DNA from: a virus
Reading direction: 5' to 3' (one strand)
DNA: 64,000 bases
IMG/VR virus record: IMGVR_UViG_3300025030_000054
Span: 32,001 to 96,000 of that record
The notes beneath the pieces are model-generated. The model searched no databases. It was not told the DNA's origin and saw nothing but the letters and a program-made list of their open reading frames with translations. The first letter of the stretch is position 1. Each line of letters starts with the position of its first letter. Both the position numbers and the translations under genes were made by a program. Positions 51,565 through 61,959 of the stretch are shown one piece after another.

Positions 51565-54102
51565 CTAGTACTCTTTGTAATTCGTTACTGTGAAATCTGA
51601 AGCATTACTATCTGTATAAAAGTCCATACCTAAACACTCATAAAAAGTTGACCCTGCGTCTTTTATGTCTATGCCAAAAGTTAGCCAACCTGTAGTTGCT
51701 AGCTGAGTACGGCTTGAATTTAAGACTGACAGCTTTGCCGTAGTGCCGCTAACTTCCAGTTTCGCAATATAGGTTGTCCCTGCCGTTACTGTAGGGGTGT
51801 CAATGACACCTGAATATGTATCAGATGGTGTGTACCACCTCAGCCTAAGAACATTAGTACTTCCCGTACCAGCCGGTGATGCATACACCCATAATCTACG
51901 TGTAGATGCGATAGTCGCACCATCCCCAACGACCGGAGCGGAAGATTTTTCAACAAGGCCGAATATATCACCGCCTCCTTCCGTGAATACAGAAGCAGCA
52001 ACAGAAAATGTTACTTCGTAACTCCTCACATTGGCTTTGCTGAAATTCTTAGAATACATAAAAGCAGCTTCCCATCCCAATGAAAGGATTCTTAAGCTGG
52101 ATGTTTCCGAAACCGACCCCCCATCCCCGGTGACTACTTGCCACTTAGCTGTATCAAGTGACGAATTGTTAAAATTATCGGAGTATAACGGCGGAGTCCC
52201 GCTAACCTCCGCCGACTCCGTACTCCCCGCCCCGTTGATAGCCGCGAGGCTGTAATAGTACGTGGTCCCGTTGGTGCGCCCTGTGTGAGTGTACGGGAGG
52301 GTGACGCCGGTTATCGTATTGCTACGGGTGCCTGCTACTGTGCCCCATTTGAGGTCGTAGCTGGTCGCGCCGGTGCCGCCGGATGTTAGGGCGATGACGT
52401 TTTGAGTGTCGCCGGGGGTGACGCTGATGACCGGCTGAGTGGGAGCGGCTGCGGTTGTGACAGTAAACGTATCGCTAACCCCACCAATGGTAAGTGTGGT
52501 ATTTACTGCTGTACTAGCACTGCCAGAACTTGTCACCTTGACCTTGACAGTATCACCATTGATGACCGTTCCCGATGTGCTTGTGTACGCTCCACCATTC
52601 TTGCTGTATTCGCCACCTGTTATCGAAATAGTAGCAGCATCATTTATTCCTGCTACAGTGATCGTGTTGGACTCTGTAGCTGTACTCACCGCAACGCCTG
52701 TCTGATCGGTAAAGGTGAAAGCATCGGGAGTCGTATCTGCCACTACAGTAACGACAGAGAAAGTATCAGTCACATCACCTATGGTTAAGAACGCTGTCGC
52801 TGAACTGTTATACCCAGTAGAGCTGTAAAGCTGTACCCTTACGCTGTCGCCGTTTACTACAGTTCCGTCCACATTTGTGAATGCACCCTCATTGACAGAA
52901 TACCAGCCACTGAGTACGTGAATGGCAGCAGGTGCATTTATACCAGAGACAGTTATCGGAGCCGAGGTAATCAGGGTGTTTAGTGCTACGCTTGATTGAT
53001 CCACGAAGACGAATCCATCGGGCGTCGTATCTGGTGCTACTGTAGTTGTCGGACTTGCTGTAGTTGTCGGTGCTACTGTAGTTGTCGGTGCTACTGTTGT
53101 GGTAGTAGTTGTTGTAGGCACTGCAGTAGTTGTAGCTGCTAAAGTTGTAGTCGTAGGGTTAGCCGTAGTTGTCGGACTTGCTGTAGTTGTCGGTGCTACG
53201 GTAGTCGTAGTTTCTATTAACGTAGTGACGGTGAAAGAGTCTGTAACTCCGCCTATGGTTAAATACCCAGTCGTTACAGTCCCATAGTCAGGAGAACTGT
53301 AAAGTTGTACTTTTACGGTATCCCCATTCACCACTGTACCATCCGCATTTGTAAACGGGCCGTCATTGATAGAATAATTAGCGCCAGTTATACTTATCGG
53401 AGTTGCCGTATTAATACCATCCACAGTTATACCAAAGAACAGTGTAATTAAGCTATTCCGGGCTACATTCGTTTCATTGATAAAATTAAATGTATTAGGA
53501 GTGGTATCTGGTACTGCTGTAGTTGTTGGAGCCACTGTTGTAGGTACTGCTGTAGTTGTGGCTGCTACTGTAGTAGTAGTTGGTGCTATAGTTGTAGTAG
53601 TAGGTACTGCCGTAGTAGTAGGTGCTACAGTAGTCGTAGGTGCTACCGTAGTTGTAGGTGTTACAGTAGTTGTTCCTAACAAATCGGTCCTAATAACAAA
53701 CGTATAGCCTTGTGCAAACAACGCATCTTCCTGCACTTGTGTAGAAGCCTCTCCTACAAGTATGCCGGACTGACCAATCCTAGCATCCAGTTTCCGAATT
53801 ACTTCTTGGGTTAAATGAAAGGCAAACTCGCTGTCACCTGCATAAATTTCTGCAAGCCCCAAGTTAGGAGTCCAGTCAGTAGTTATCTGGTAAGAAGAAC
53901 CAGCTACGGAAATTCCAGCGTAGTTAGGGCTGATCTGAATTTGGGTGTTACTATCCACAGATATAATACCGTAAATAGCGGCTACTCCGTAAACTTTAAA
54001 AGTATCCCCAACACCAACCTTACTGAGCCAAGAAGTTCCCACCCCAGTCACTATATTTGTACCTTGATCTACTGATACTGTACCAACCTGATACTGTGCC
54101 AT
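51565..54102 (-). CDS. Tail fibre/adhesin with mucin-like linkers, three DTTP beta-repeats, FN3 and C-terminal lectin-like domain
   Basis: N-terminal Y..GTVSV....VTG.GTSW fibre start; TTTVAPTTT tracts; 3x (P/A)DTTP..F.F...LTIG.V.D.F.V; HTGRTNGTTYYY. Confidence 0.85.
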   Translation of the reverse strand: MAQYQVGTVSVDQGTNIVTGVGTSWLSKVGVGDTFKVYGVAAIYGIISVDSNTQIQISPNYAGISVAGSSYQITTDWTPNLGLAEIYAGDSEFAFHLTQEVIRKLDARIGQSGILVGEASTQVQEDALFAQGYTFVIRTDLLGTTTVTPTTTVAPTTTVAPTTTAVPTTTTIAPTTTTVAATTTAVPTTVAPTTTAVPDTTPNTFNFINETNVARNSLITLFFGITVDGINTATPISITGANYSINDGPFTNADGTVVNGDTVKVQLYSSPDYGTVTTGYLTIGGVTDSFTVTTLIETTTTVAPTTTASPTTTANPTTTTLAATTTAVPTTTTTTTVAPTTTVAPTTTASPTTTVAPDTTPDGFVFVDQSSVALNTLITSAPITVSGINAPAAIHVLSGWYSVNEGAFTNVDGTVVNGDSVRVQLYSSTGYNSSATAFLTIGDVTDTFSVVTVVADTTPDAFTFTDQTGVAVSTATESNTITVAGINDAATISITGGEYSKNGGAYTSTSGTVINGDTVKVKVTSSGSASTAVNTTLTIGGVSDTFTVTTAAAPTQPVISVTPGDTQNVIALTSGGTGATSYDLKWGTVAGTRSNTITGVTLPYTHTGRTNGTTYYYSLAAINGAGSTESAEVSGTPPLYSDNFNNSSLDTAKWQVVTGDGGSVSETSSLRILSLGWEAAFMYSKNFSKANVRSYEVTFSVAASVFTEGGGDIFGLVEKSSAPVVGDGATIASTRRLWVYASPAGTGSTNVLRLRWYTPSDTYSGVIDTPTVTAGTTYIAKLEVSGTTAKLSVLNSSRTQLATTGWLTFGIDIKDAGSTFYECLGMDFYTDSNASDFTVTNYKEY

Positions 54103-54162
54103 ACAAGTCTCCTAACAAACTATCTAATAAATTGTCCTAAAACAAATAAATCATTTCATACT

Positions 54163-54194
54163 ATTATATACCCTCTAGGCATAATAAATATTAC
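54163..54194 (-). promoter_or_regulatory. Phage-type late promoter
   Basis: GTAATA-N17-GTATATAAT upstream of the fibre/SGNH/GT/endolysin unit. Confidence 0.65.
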
Positions 54195-54214
54195 TTTGGC
54201 AAGTACATTTAATA

Positions 54215-54745
54215 CTAGACCCACTTAATTGCTTCTACTTCCTCTACTGTCTCAGCTAATTCTATTTGAGTTTTTAATGCTCTGGCCTTTTGATGTATAG
54301 CATTACCTCTCAAGGCCATAGTTATGGGAATCTGAACCATCTGAGATTTATCCATAGTTACTGTAGAGCTGTCCTGGCAAGTCCACTCAATAGAAAACTC
54401 TGGAACAACTTGAGCTGCCTGAACTGCTATACTAATTCTTCGGATAGCTGCTAAGTCTGAATCAAAACGTTTGTCTAGGTAATCAAAGCCAGAGAGTTCT
54501 TCTACATCTCTGGCTTTTTTGATTTCATCCCATTTTATTTCTTTGGCTCTAAGCAAAGTCAGTGTAGACTGCACCACAGGAACTCCATTAATTATGTGGG
54601 TAGCCTTCTCCATCTCCAATAGATTTTCTGGGCTGGCTTTAAAGTGCAGAAATTTATGGATGGCGGGGTCACTGTTATAGTCTGCTGAATCATCATCATA
54701 AATTCCCACTTTCTTTCCAGTTATTATTTCATATACACAAATCAT
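54215..54745 (-). CDS. Tail fibre assembly chaperone (DUF4376-like)
   Basis: KWDEIKKARD..FDSD..IEWT.QD...KARALK.QI..AETVEEVEAIKW. Confidence 0.8.
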   Translation of the reverse strand: MICVYEIITGKKVGIYDDDSADYNSDPAIHKFLHFKASPENLLEMEKATHIINGVPVVQSTLTLLRAKEIKWDEIKKARDVEELSGFDYLDKRFDSDLAAIRRISIAVQAAQVVPEFSIEWTCQDSSTVTMDKSQMVQIPITMALRGNAIHQKARALKTQIELAETVEEVEAIKWV

Positions 54746-57700
54746 CTGACAACTCCCTCTATAGAAAACACAACTTTCGTTATTTCCTTTATCCCAGAAA
54801 ATCCTGCTATATTAGCGTGCAAGGCTACGGTATGAGAACCTGAATTAAGGTAAACCCTATTGCTAACCGCATTGCCTCCTAAGTACGCTCCAGCACCACC
54901 ATATTGATGTGAATCTATAGTTACGCCGTCTACTTTTATTTCGTAGTAGTAGTGCTCATCGCCAGACACTGCCCCGTCTTTGGTAACGTAAGTCATAAGG
55001 TTATAATAAGCCGAATGTCTTACTGTAAAATTATAAGAAGCAACCAAGGCTGGGTTTATGTTGTTGTTTATACCATTGTAAAAATTTGTGTCTATAGAGG
55101 CGTACCGCTGCACTGAAACAGCTTCTCCGGCAATTTGCAAGGTATCTACATAGGCATCTCCAGTGTATATCTTGTTACCGTCTATGGTAGTTGTGCCTGG
55201 CCTTGTCCACTCTGATACTGTTGTAGCCGCACTAGCCGCATTATCCCTTACAGTAGCTGCCAAGGTTCCGCCCACTTTAGCTACGTCACTGGCGTATACC
55301 ATGTTGTCTGTATCAGTTACTTGAATAGTTCCGAAAGAAGTTACGACAGAAACGTCCCAGCCTGCTTTCCAAGTATCTATATCGTAGTTAGAATAACCCG
55401 CGATAAAATTCTTTACGACTACTTTAGGGTGTGCCCAAGAAGCATTAGTCTCCCCAATCCAAACACACGCCTTGGTTCCATCGTGTCCGAAACGTATAGC
55501 ATGAGATGCACTAGACTGTCCTATAATAGACGCAGAAGTGTTTACCCAGTAACCTCCTGAGTAATTATACCCGCCAATCAATGCGGTAAAGTATTGGTTG
55601 GTGGTGTAATTGTAAACATCTACAGAAAACTGAAGCATCGTACCAGACCATAATACCGGCAATGATATCTTAATAGCTCCAGTCGCACTACCAGTAATAC
55701 TGTAAGTTCCACCTACTGGTCTTGCTATGGTGGTTAAGCTATCTTCAGTGGAGTTTGCCATAGAAGCTGCTTTAACAGCTACCGCGTTAAGTAAGGCAGT
55801 TCTAGCATCGTAGTAAGCCTTCCAGCTTGCCCTAAAGGTTGACCCTACGATTACAGTAGTAGTACTTGCACTAGCGTCTGAAATCCAAGAGGGTATTCCA
55901 CTAGTCCAAGTTACTCCTGCATTTAAGTAATCGGCTAAACTCTGAAAAGCGGCTGTGTAAGTAGCCTTTTCTGTAGGTAATCCAAATGAGGTAGCTTGGG
56001 TTTCTATTCCAGCCTTTTCAGCAGATATTACCTCCCACTCTCTCCTAACCGTGTACTTTTCATTGGGCGTTAGTTTACTGTCAGAGGCGATATCTGATAC
56101 TAAACTATTAACTGTGTTTGCTGTGTTCACTGCGTTGGTTGCATTTTGAGAGGCAGTTGCAGCAGCTCCCGCAGCAGTATTTGCAGTACTATTTGCCGTG
56201 TCTGCTACAGTCTTTGCTTTGGTAGATATGGCATTTAATAAGATAGTTCGATTGTAATAATAGGTGCTCCATTTTGACCTAAAAGTTGCTCCTACAATAG
56301 TCGTGGTGGTTGGTATGTTAGCGTCAGTTATCCAAGAAGGAACTCCACTACTCCATGCCGCGCCATTGTTAAGGTAGTTTGCAAGAGCCTGAAAAGCATT
56401 TATGTAGTTAGCCTTTTCTGTAGTTATTCCGAAGTTCTCTGCCTGAGTATTTATCCCACCCCACTCGCTAGCAACAACATCCCACTCTAGTCTTACAGAC
56501 TGCTTTTCGGTAGCCGTTAGTTTGCCATCAGACGCTATTTCAGCAATTAGTGCATTAGCTGTTTCGGCTTCGTTTAGAGCATCTGCTATAGACTCATTTA
56601 TATCTTCCACTGCGGGAGTCCATGCAGTAGCCGTGTTACCTATTTCTACTTTTAATAACTTGACTATAGGTTTTACTCCAGTACCGTAAGTACCGTAGAA
56701 CGAAAGATGGCAGATATCTCCATTATATCCAGCAGGGTCATATGAGAAACTTCCAGTTAAGGAGAAATACTGATACTCTGTTGTAGCATTCACAACTAAA
56801 GAAGTGTTTATAAGGTATTTTCCCAAACTATAGACTACTACCTGACCAGGGATGGTAGATTTTAACAAACCAGAAATAGTTACAGGCTTCCCTAAGTTGG
56901 CTATTGCAATACTGTTAAGATCCACTGGTAGGTACTCTGTAACAGAAGTTCTTTCTACGTCACTGCCTGCTAATAGGTTTCTCCCACCAACCACAATAGC
57001 ACTGTTATCTACTTCAATTGTTTGTCCGGCAGCATTTTTAGGGTTTGAAGTGAAATGAACTGTCCCATAGAAATCACCGCCCATGAGCTGAAAAGTGCCT
57101 GTCTTATCAAACTTCCAGCCAGCCTGTCCAGCAACATAGTTAGTGCTTTGAATATAGTTGCCTATCTTTGCATTGTCTATGTCCCCCTCTTTTATTGCAG
57201 CTTTGGCTATATAAACTGTTCCTTGGTCAACTATGAAAGGAACTAAAGGCGTAGCTCCCGGACCTGCATCCACAATAGAAAATCTGTCAGCAAGAATTTC
57301 TACATTGCTAGTTACTCCATCACTCCACAGACCTATTCCAGCGATCTTACCGTTAGCATCCACCTTCAACATCATCTTAGCCTCTACCGCAGAGGTTATA
57401 GCTCCGTCAATTGCTGTAGTAGTTTCGACAGTAGTAGAGTAGTTGATTAGTGCAGAAGCTGTGTTATTGTTTGCCGTAGCTACCGCGCCAGAAGTAGCAG
57501 TAGCTATAGCTGAGTCCGCGTCTACTTTTGTATAGTAGCTTGCTAACGAAGTTGCCAGCGAACCAGTACTAACTAGAGAAGAGGTAGCCCCAGTTATTGC
57601 CGTAGCAGTTGCAGAGTCCGCTTCGGTTTTTGTGTAGTAACCAGAAAGCGCCGTAGCAAGTGTACCGTTAGTGACTGACTCAGAGGTCGCGCCAATTACT

Positions 57701-58212
57701 GCTTCAGAGATTGCAGTGTCGGCTTCCACCTTAGTATAGTAGTAGTCCAATGCTGCGGCTCTGGCTTGGGCTTCTCCAGATACCGCAGCAGCTCTATCTA
57801 AAATCTCTTGGGCTAGTCTATCTAACAAACCAACTTCAGGGGAATCTATCAGGTCTATTCTGCTACTAAGTTCCGAATGCAATTCGCTTTCAGTAATCTG
57901 CCCCGAAATCATTTCTATAATATCTGGGATAGATCTTACCGTGACACTCTTCTCTTCTGAATAGTTTAAACTTAGAAAATCAATGTTTTCTGGATCTTCA
58001 AAACTATCGTAAGCAGCTACCTTAATGTAGTACACCCCGTCATCTGAAGGTATAGTTACAGAAGTATCAGGCCCAACACTAACCATATTACTTTCAGAAG
58101 GCGTAAAGCCGCTCTCTAAAGATGCATTGATTACGTAACCTACCACGTCAAGGTCAGGTGCCGGATTAAATGTTACTACATAATTTTTTATTCCAGCTTC
58201 TAAGTTTATCAT
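54742..58212 (-). CDS. Tail fibre/host-specificity protein (gpJ C-terminal-like half)
   Basis: YYTKxEAD repeats, LKVDANGKIAGIGL..ADRF..PFIV..VYI (DUF1983-like), IQSTNY..GW, GGRNLL..EIGN.AT.WTPA CBM-like block, duplicated IASD.KLT domain. Confidence 0.85.
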   Translation of the reverse strand: MINLEAGIKNYVVTFNPAPDLDVVGYVINASLESGFTPSESNMVSVGPDTSVTIPSDDGVYYIKVAAYDSFEDPENIDFLSLNYSEEKSVTVRSIPDIIEMISGQITESELHSELSSRIDLIDSPEVGLLDRLAQEILDRAAAVSGEAQARAAALDYYYTKVEADTAISEAVIGATSESVTNGTLATALSGYYTKTEADSATATAITGATSSLVSTGSLATSLASYYTKVDADSAIATATSGAVATANNNTASALINYSTTVETTTAIDGAITSAVEAKMMLKVDANGKIAGIGLWSDGVTSNVEILADRFSIVDAGPGATPLVPFIVDQGTVYIAKAAIKEGDIDNAKIGNYIQSTNYVAGQAGWKFDKTGTFQLMGGDFYGTVHFTSNPKNAAGQTIEVDNSAIVVGGRNLLAGSDVERTSVTEYLPVDLNSIAIANLGKPVTISGLLKSTIPGQVVVYSLGKYLINTSLVVNATTEYQYFSLTGSFSYDPAGYNGDICHLSFYGTYGTGVKPIVKLLKVEIGNTATAWTPAVEDINESIADALNEAETANALIAEIASDGKLTATEKQSVRLEWDVVASEWGGINTQAENFGITTEKANYINAFQALANYLNNGAAWSSGVPSWITDANIPTTTTIVGATFRSKWSTYYYNRTILLNAISTKAKTVADTANSTANTAAGAAATASQNATNAVNTANTVNSLVSDIASDSKLTPNEKYTVRREWEVISAEKAGIETQATSFGLPTEKATYTAAFQSLADYLNAGVTWTSGIPSWISDASASTTTVIVGSTFRASWKAYYDARTALLNAVAVKAASMANSTEDSLTTIARPVGGTYSITGSATGAIKISLPVLWSGTMLQFSVDVYNYTTNQYFTALIGGYNYSGGYWVNTSASIIGQSSASHAIRFGHDGTKACVWIGETNASWAHPKVVVKNFIAGYSNYDIDTWKAGWDVSVVTSFGTIQVTDTDNMVYASDVAKVGGTLAATVRDNAASAATTVSEWTRPGTTTIDGNKIYTGDAYVDTLQIAGEAVSVQRYASIDTNFYNGINNNINPALVASYNFTVRHSAYYNLMTYVTKDGAVSGDEHYYYEIKVDGVTIDSHQYGGAGAYLGGNAVSNRVYLNSGSHTVALHANIAGFSGIKEITKVVFSIEGVVR

Positions 58213-58221
58213 AAATTATCC

Positions 58222-61200
58222 TTAAGTTAGTCTAGCAGGTACTGGGTTAGTCACTTGCAAGGTTTTTGGTGCAGACTCTCTTCCCAACCTATCTACTGCA
58301 ATTACAGTAATACTGAAAGTTCTAACTGGCCTACCTGCACCGTCTACATAATTTTGCTCATATTTATAGTCGTAATGCTCATCATAGACCTTAGTACTAT
58401 GCCTCACAGAACCATCAGCATTTTTAATGGTTATCTGATATTCCTTCAACCAAGAATCTGCTGTGGCTGTTGCTAGGGCACTGTCGGTAGCTAGATCGTT
58501 GAGATTAAAGTCAACTACGGCAGGTTTTCGCCAAGTGAATTTAGCATCCTTCCCAGCAAACTCCGTAGTATTTCCCTGACCTACTAACTGAAGCCCAGAC
58601 ACGCCCTTTATAAACTCAGTGTTATCTATGTAAGGAGTTATGTAGAGAGTGTAGTAAGGAGTCAGGTCAGTATCGCCCAAAGCCTCTGCTATACTCTGCC
58701 TAGTTCCATCTGTGTAAACCGAGATGCAGATAAACTGGTATTCTCCTTCTACTGTTATCTCCGGAATATTAACTACTCCAGTTTTGTCTATAGGAGTCTC
58801 AGCATAAACTCCGTTAATTCCGTAGTAGACAATAACACCAGCCCAGCCTAATTGAACAGGCTTAGAGTAGTAAACCCTAGCACCAGTCTTTAAGTTACCC
58901 GTAGAATCAACATACACAGTAGACTCTGCGAACACATTCTTAACTGACCTCTTAATGGCGTCTAAGCTGCTGTAGTTCGGCATCACTATAATTGGCAGGT
59001 CGGTAATATCGTCAGCGTCTGTATAAATCTCATCTAAGTATTCTACACAAGTAACTTCTATAACTTCGTCTTTATCTCTCTTTAGTGAAACAAATTTAAA
59101 GGGCTTTACGGTGTTTGTAATGTCGCCTACAATGTACAAATCATCCTTCGCTGGGGTATTTACAGGAATCTCGTCTAAGGTAAATTCTCTACAGATGCCC
59201 ATATTACTTGGTGTAACCGCAACTATCTCTGGAGACTTGCCTTTACAAACTAACTGCATAGAATGTAAAACAGAAACATCTGAACTAATTTCTACATCGT
59301 CACTTACAGTTATTAGTCTAGTCTCTGCATCATAACTTACTACCCTTCCCCCAAACCCCCATTGAGGAACATCGTGCTGTACACCTATCACGTCCCCTAC
59401 CGTAGATAGTAATCCATAAGTAGAAGTCTTGAAAGAAACCGAGGTAGTTAAAAGCTGACCAACCCTGAGAGCGTATTTAGCAAGTGACTTAGCTTGGTCC
59501 TCTCCGGTAACGCCTATCAACTGCAAGGTCTTTTTGCTCTCTTCCTTAGTAATGTCTAACTGATAATCTGGATCTTCCAAAATCAAAGTATCCTGATCGT
59601 AATCCTTCTCTTTATTATTGAACTGTACTTCATATACGTTAGGAAGTTGCTTGAAAGACATACCTGTTTCGACATACTCTTTGATGTTGCTCATGTTAAA
59701 GAGTTGGCTTATGGGTTTGGGTCTATCAATATCAATGAAAACAACCCCTTCAGTGTAATACAAGGTGGCTCTCATCGAAGCGCATATAATAGTCAACCAT
59801 TCGATAGCTGTCTTAGACTGGTCTATTACTATGTTGAGGCTGAATCTAGGTCTAGCAGATTCGTAGTCGTCACTGGTAGGGTCCGTTACTAGCGTGCCGT
59901 CAGGTGTTATCCTCTCGTCACAGTACTGAGCCATTTGAAAGAAGTTGGCCTTCATCAACCCAAGTTTGGAGGATGAAATTTTAAAGTAGTCTTTTAAGCC
60001 ATACCTCTCGTTCATTATCAAATCATACAGACACCAAACTGGATTATCGGTCCATTCTTTATCTGCTTTGAATAGTCCGTTATAGGCATCTGACATGTAC
60101 CTGCGAGTTCCGTTATAGAACTGTGGTAGTTGAACCTTAGTACCTTGTATGACAGATGTTATTGTAGGCAACCCGCCGGATATAAACTCAGTCGCTTTGA
60201 TACTCAACCCTAGAAGTGCTGTGTGGGGGTATATAAGCTGTTCTTGAATCTCCTCAATAACATCCTTAACATAAACGTTATCTACTATCAAGAGATTATC
60301 TGAGTTACTAGGAGTGACCCTAATAAGTTTTACATCGTATGCGCCATTTTCCCGTATAGGCACTACGAAGGTTTGCTCAGACTCTGATTTAGTTTTTCCT
60401 CTTATGCTGACTATAGTGTGTTTTTTTGTAATACCGTCTGAGTAAAATTCTGAGTACGAATCTCCTGTGCTTAATTTCCAGTATACTTTTATATCGACTG
60501 TGGTGTCTAACAGTTCGCCCTTTTCACTCTTATATATTGCTGGGGCCGCCAAGTTTATTTTAAGCGCATCGACTGGTGTTGAAGTAGATACAACCACACC
60601 GTCAGAGGTTGGGTCTATCGTAGAGTCTTCAGTGTTGGTTACTAAAAGATTATACGAAAAAGAGTTCTTAACTCTGTTGAAGTACTCCATTGACGAGGTA
60701 ACGTCCGTATTTAATGCGCCAGAGTTTCTTATGACGTACTTATCCACGTAACCGTCTAAGGTAGCAGCCGAACTAGGTACTGGGTATCTGGACACTTCAA
60801 AGCGCGGGTCTGCCGCAAGCGTGTCATACCACACCTCAGTAAACCCACCAGCCCAAGACTTAGGCGTTACTACTTTAATTTTATACATCCCAGTGGTGGG
60901 GAATACTACATTAGCTTTTGTGGGTTCTAGGTAAGCGCGTAAGTTATTAAAAGGTTTTCTTGGAATAGCAACTGGACCTACTCTATTGGAATAGTCATCC
61001 GAACTTGAAGCCTCCTTCCAGTAAATATAACATACCTCATCTGTCTGATCTGGGTACGTACCACTAAATGCACCTATATAAACATCTACGCTAGTAGCTG
61101 CGCTTTCTAATGTGTACTCTAATTCTAAATGAAAACCTGTAGGTGCTTCTAGTCTGTCAAAGGTTCTAATTACAGGTACAACTGTGCTAGTTGCGTCGTC

Positions 61201-61959
61201 GGCTATCACCAACTGCGAATCTGGGGCAGTTTGAAATTTAGTACCTAACCGGTATGAAGCACCGATATCTGACTCAGGAAACGTATTGACACTTCTGTTA
61301 TTAATCTCTATAGACTTAGGATCTATGGCTTGAATTTCTCCCTCACATAGACCTATTTGTACGCGCAGCCAACTTGAGTTTCCAGTAGTACCTACCCCTA
61401 TTACGTCATTATAGGCGTTGAGTATGTGTCCGCCTATCCTGTGAGTTCCGTACACAATCCCTATCGGGGTGCCTAATACGGTAGTATTTTTAATGCCTGA
61501 GAAGGTATAAGTAGCTGAGGTATTAGAGCCAGAGTCGAAAGTAGGTAAAAGAGGCTGGCCTGCTATTAACTCTCCGACACCGCCCAAAGCCAAAGAGATA
61601 CCAAAACCTACTACATAAGGGTTCCACCCCGAAAGATACCCGCCTACAACAGCTATAACCACCCCGGCTATAATCTTCCCTACCCCATTCTCCCCGTAAG
61701 GTACGTCACAACCTACTTCAAGTATATCTTCAGAACTAACCTTCCGGTGTATTTCCTTTACATCTGTTATGTATTCTCCGTTTAATTTAAAAGAAGTTTT
61801 ATCGGCTTCCTTACCATTATCTGCTACCAAAAATACATGCAGTTGAGGATAATCATTTAAAAGACTCTCTAACACAGCACGCAGAGAATCACCTTTGACC
61901 TCTATAGTCTCCTGAAAACTTGTATATTTAAAAAAGTATGGATCAAATTTAATTATCAT
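58222..61959 (-). CDS. Tail tip hub protein: gpI-like ubiquitin fold fused to gpJ N-terminal half
   Basis: YTFSG..NT..GTPIGIVYG..RIGG, GLCEGEI, YPHTALLG, WTDNPVWCLYD..NERYG, VGDVIGVQ. Confidence 0.9.
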   Translation of the reverse strand: MIIKFDPYFFKYTSFQETIEVKGDSLRAVLESLLNDYPQLHVFLVADNGKEADKTSFKLNGEYITDVKEIHRKVSSEDILEVGCDVPYGENGVGKIIAGVVIAVVGGYLSGWNPYVVGFGISLALGGVGELIAGQPLLPTFDSGSNTSATYTFSGIKNTTVLGTPIGIVYGTHRIGGHILNAYNDVIGVGTTGNSSWLRVQIGLCEGEIQAIDPKSIEINNRSVNTFPESDIGASYRLGTKFQTAPDSQLVIADDATSTVVPVIRTFDRLEAPTGFHLELEYTLESAATSVDVYIGAFSGTYPDQTDEVCYIYWKEASSSDDYSNRVGPVAIPRKPFNNLRAYLEPTKANVVFPTTGMYKIKVVTPKSWAGGFTEVWYDTLAADPRFEVSRYPVPSSAATLDGYVDKYVIRNSGALNTDVTSSMEYFNRVKNSFSYNLLVTNTEDSTIDPTSDGVVVSTSTPVDALKINLAAPAIYKSEKGELLDTTVDIKVYWKLSTGDSYSEFYSDGITKKHTIVSIRGKTKSESEQTFVVPIRENGAYDVKLIRVTPSNSDNLLIVDNVYVKDVIEEIQEQLIYPHTALLGLSIKATEFISGGLPTITSVIQGTKVQLPQFYNGTRRYMSDAYNGLFKADKEWTDNPVWCLYDLIMNERYGLKDYFKISSSKLGLMKANFFQMAQYCDERITPDGTLVTDPTSDDYESARPRFSLNIVIDQSKTAIEWLTIICASMRATLYYTEGVVFIDIDRPKPISQLFNMSNIKEYVETGMSFKQLPNVYEVQFNNKEKDYDQDTLILEDPDYQLDITKEESKKTLQLIGVTGEDQAKSLAKYALRVGQLLTTSVSFKTSTYGLLSTVGDVIGVQHDVPQWGFGGRVVSYDAETRLITVSDDVEISSDVSVLHSMQLVCKGKSPEIVAVTPSNMGICREFTLDEIPVNTPAKDDLYIVGDITNTVKPFKFVSLKRDKDEVIEVTCVEYLDEIYTDADDITDLPIIVMPNYSSLDAIKRSVKNVFAESTVYVDSTGNLKTGARVYYSKPVQLGWAGVIVYYGINGVYAETPIDKTGVVNIPEITVEGEYQFICISVYTDGTRQSIAEALGDTDLTPYYTLYITPYIDNTEFIKGVSGLQLVGQGNTTEFAGKDAKFTWRKPAVVDFNLNDLATDSALATATADSWLKEYQITIKNADGSVRHSTKVYDEHYDYKYEQNYVDGAGRPVRTFSITVIAVDRLGRESAPKTLQVTNPVPARLT

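Noticed and set aside
50604-53707. Plus-strand Val-rich ORFs (50604, 52439, 53099, 53477)
   Set aside because: Antisense shadows of the Thr-rich codons of the real minus-strand genes
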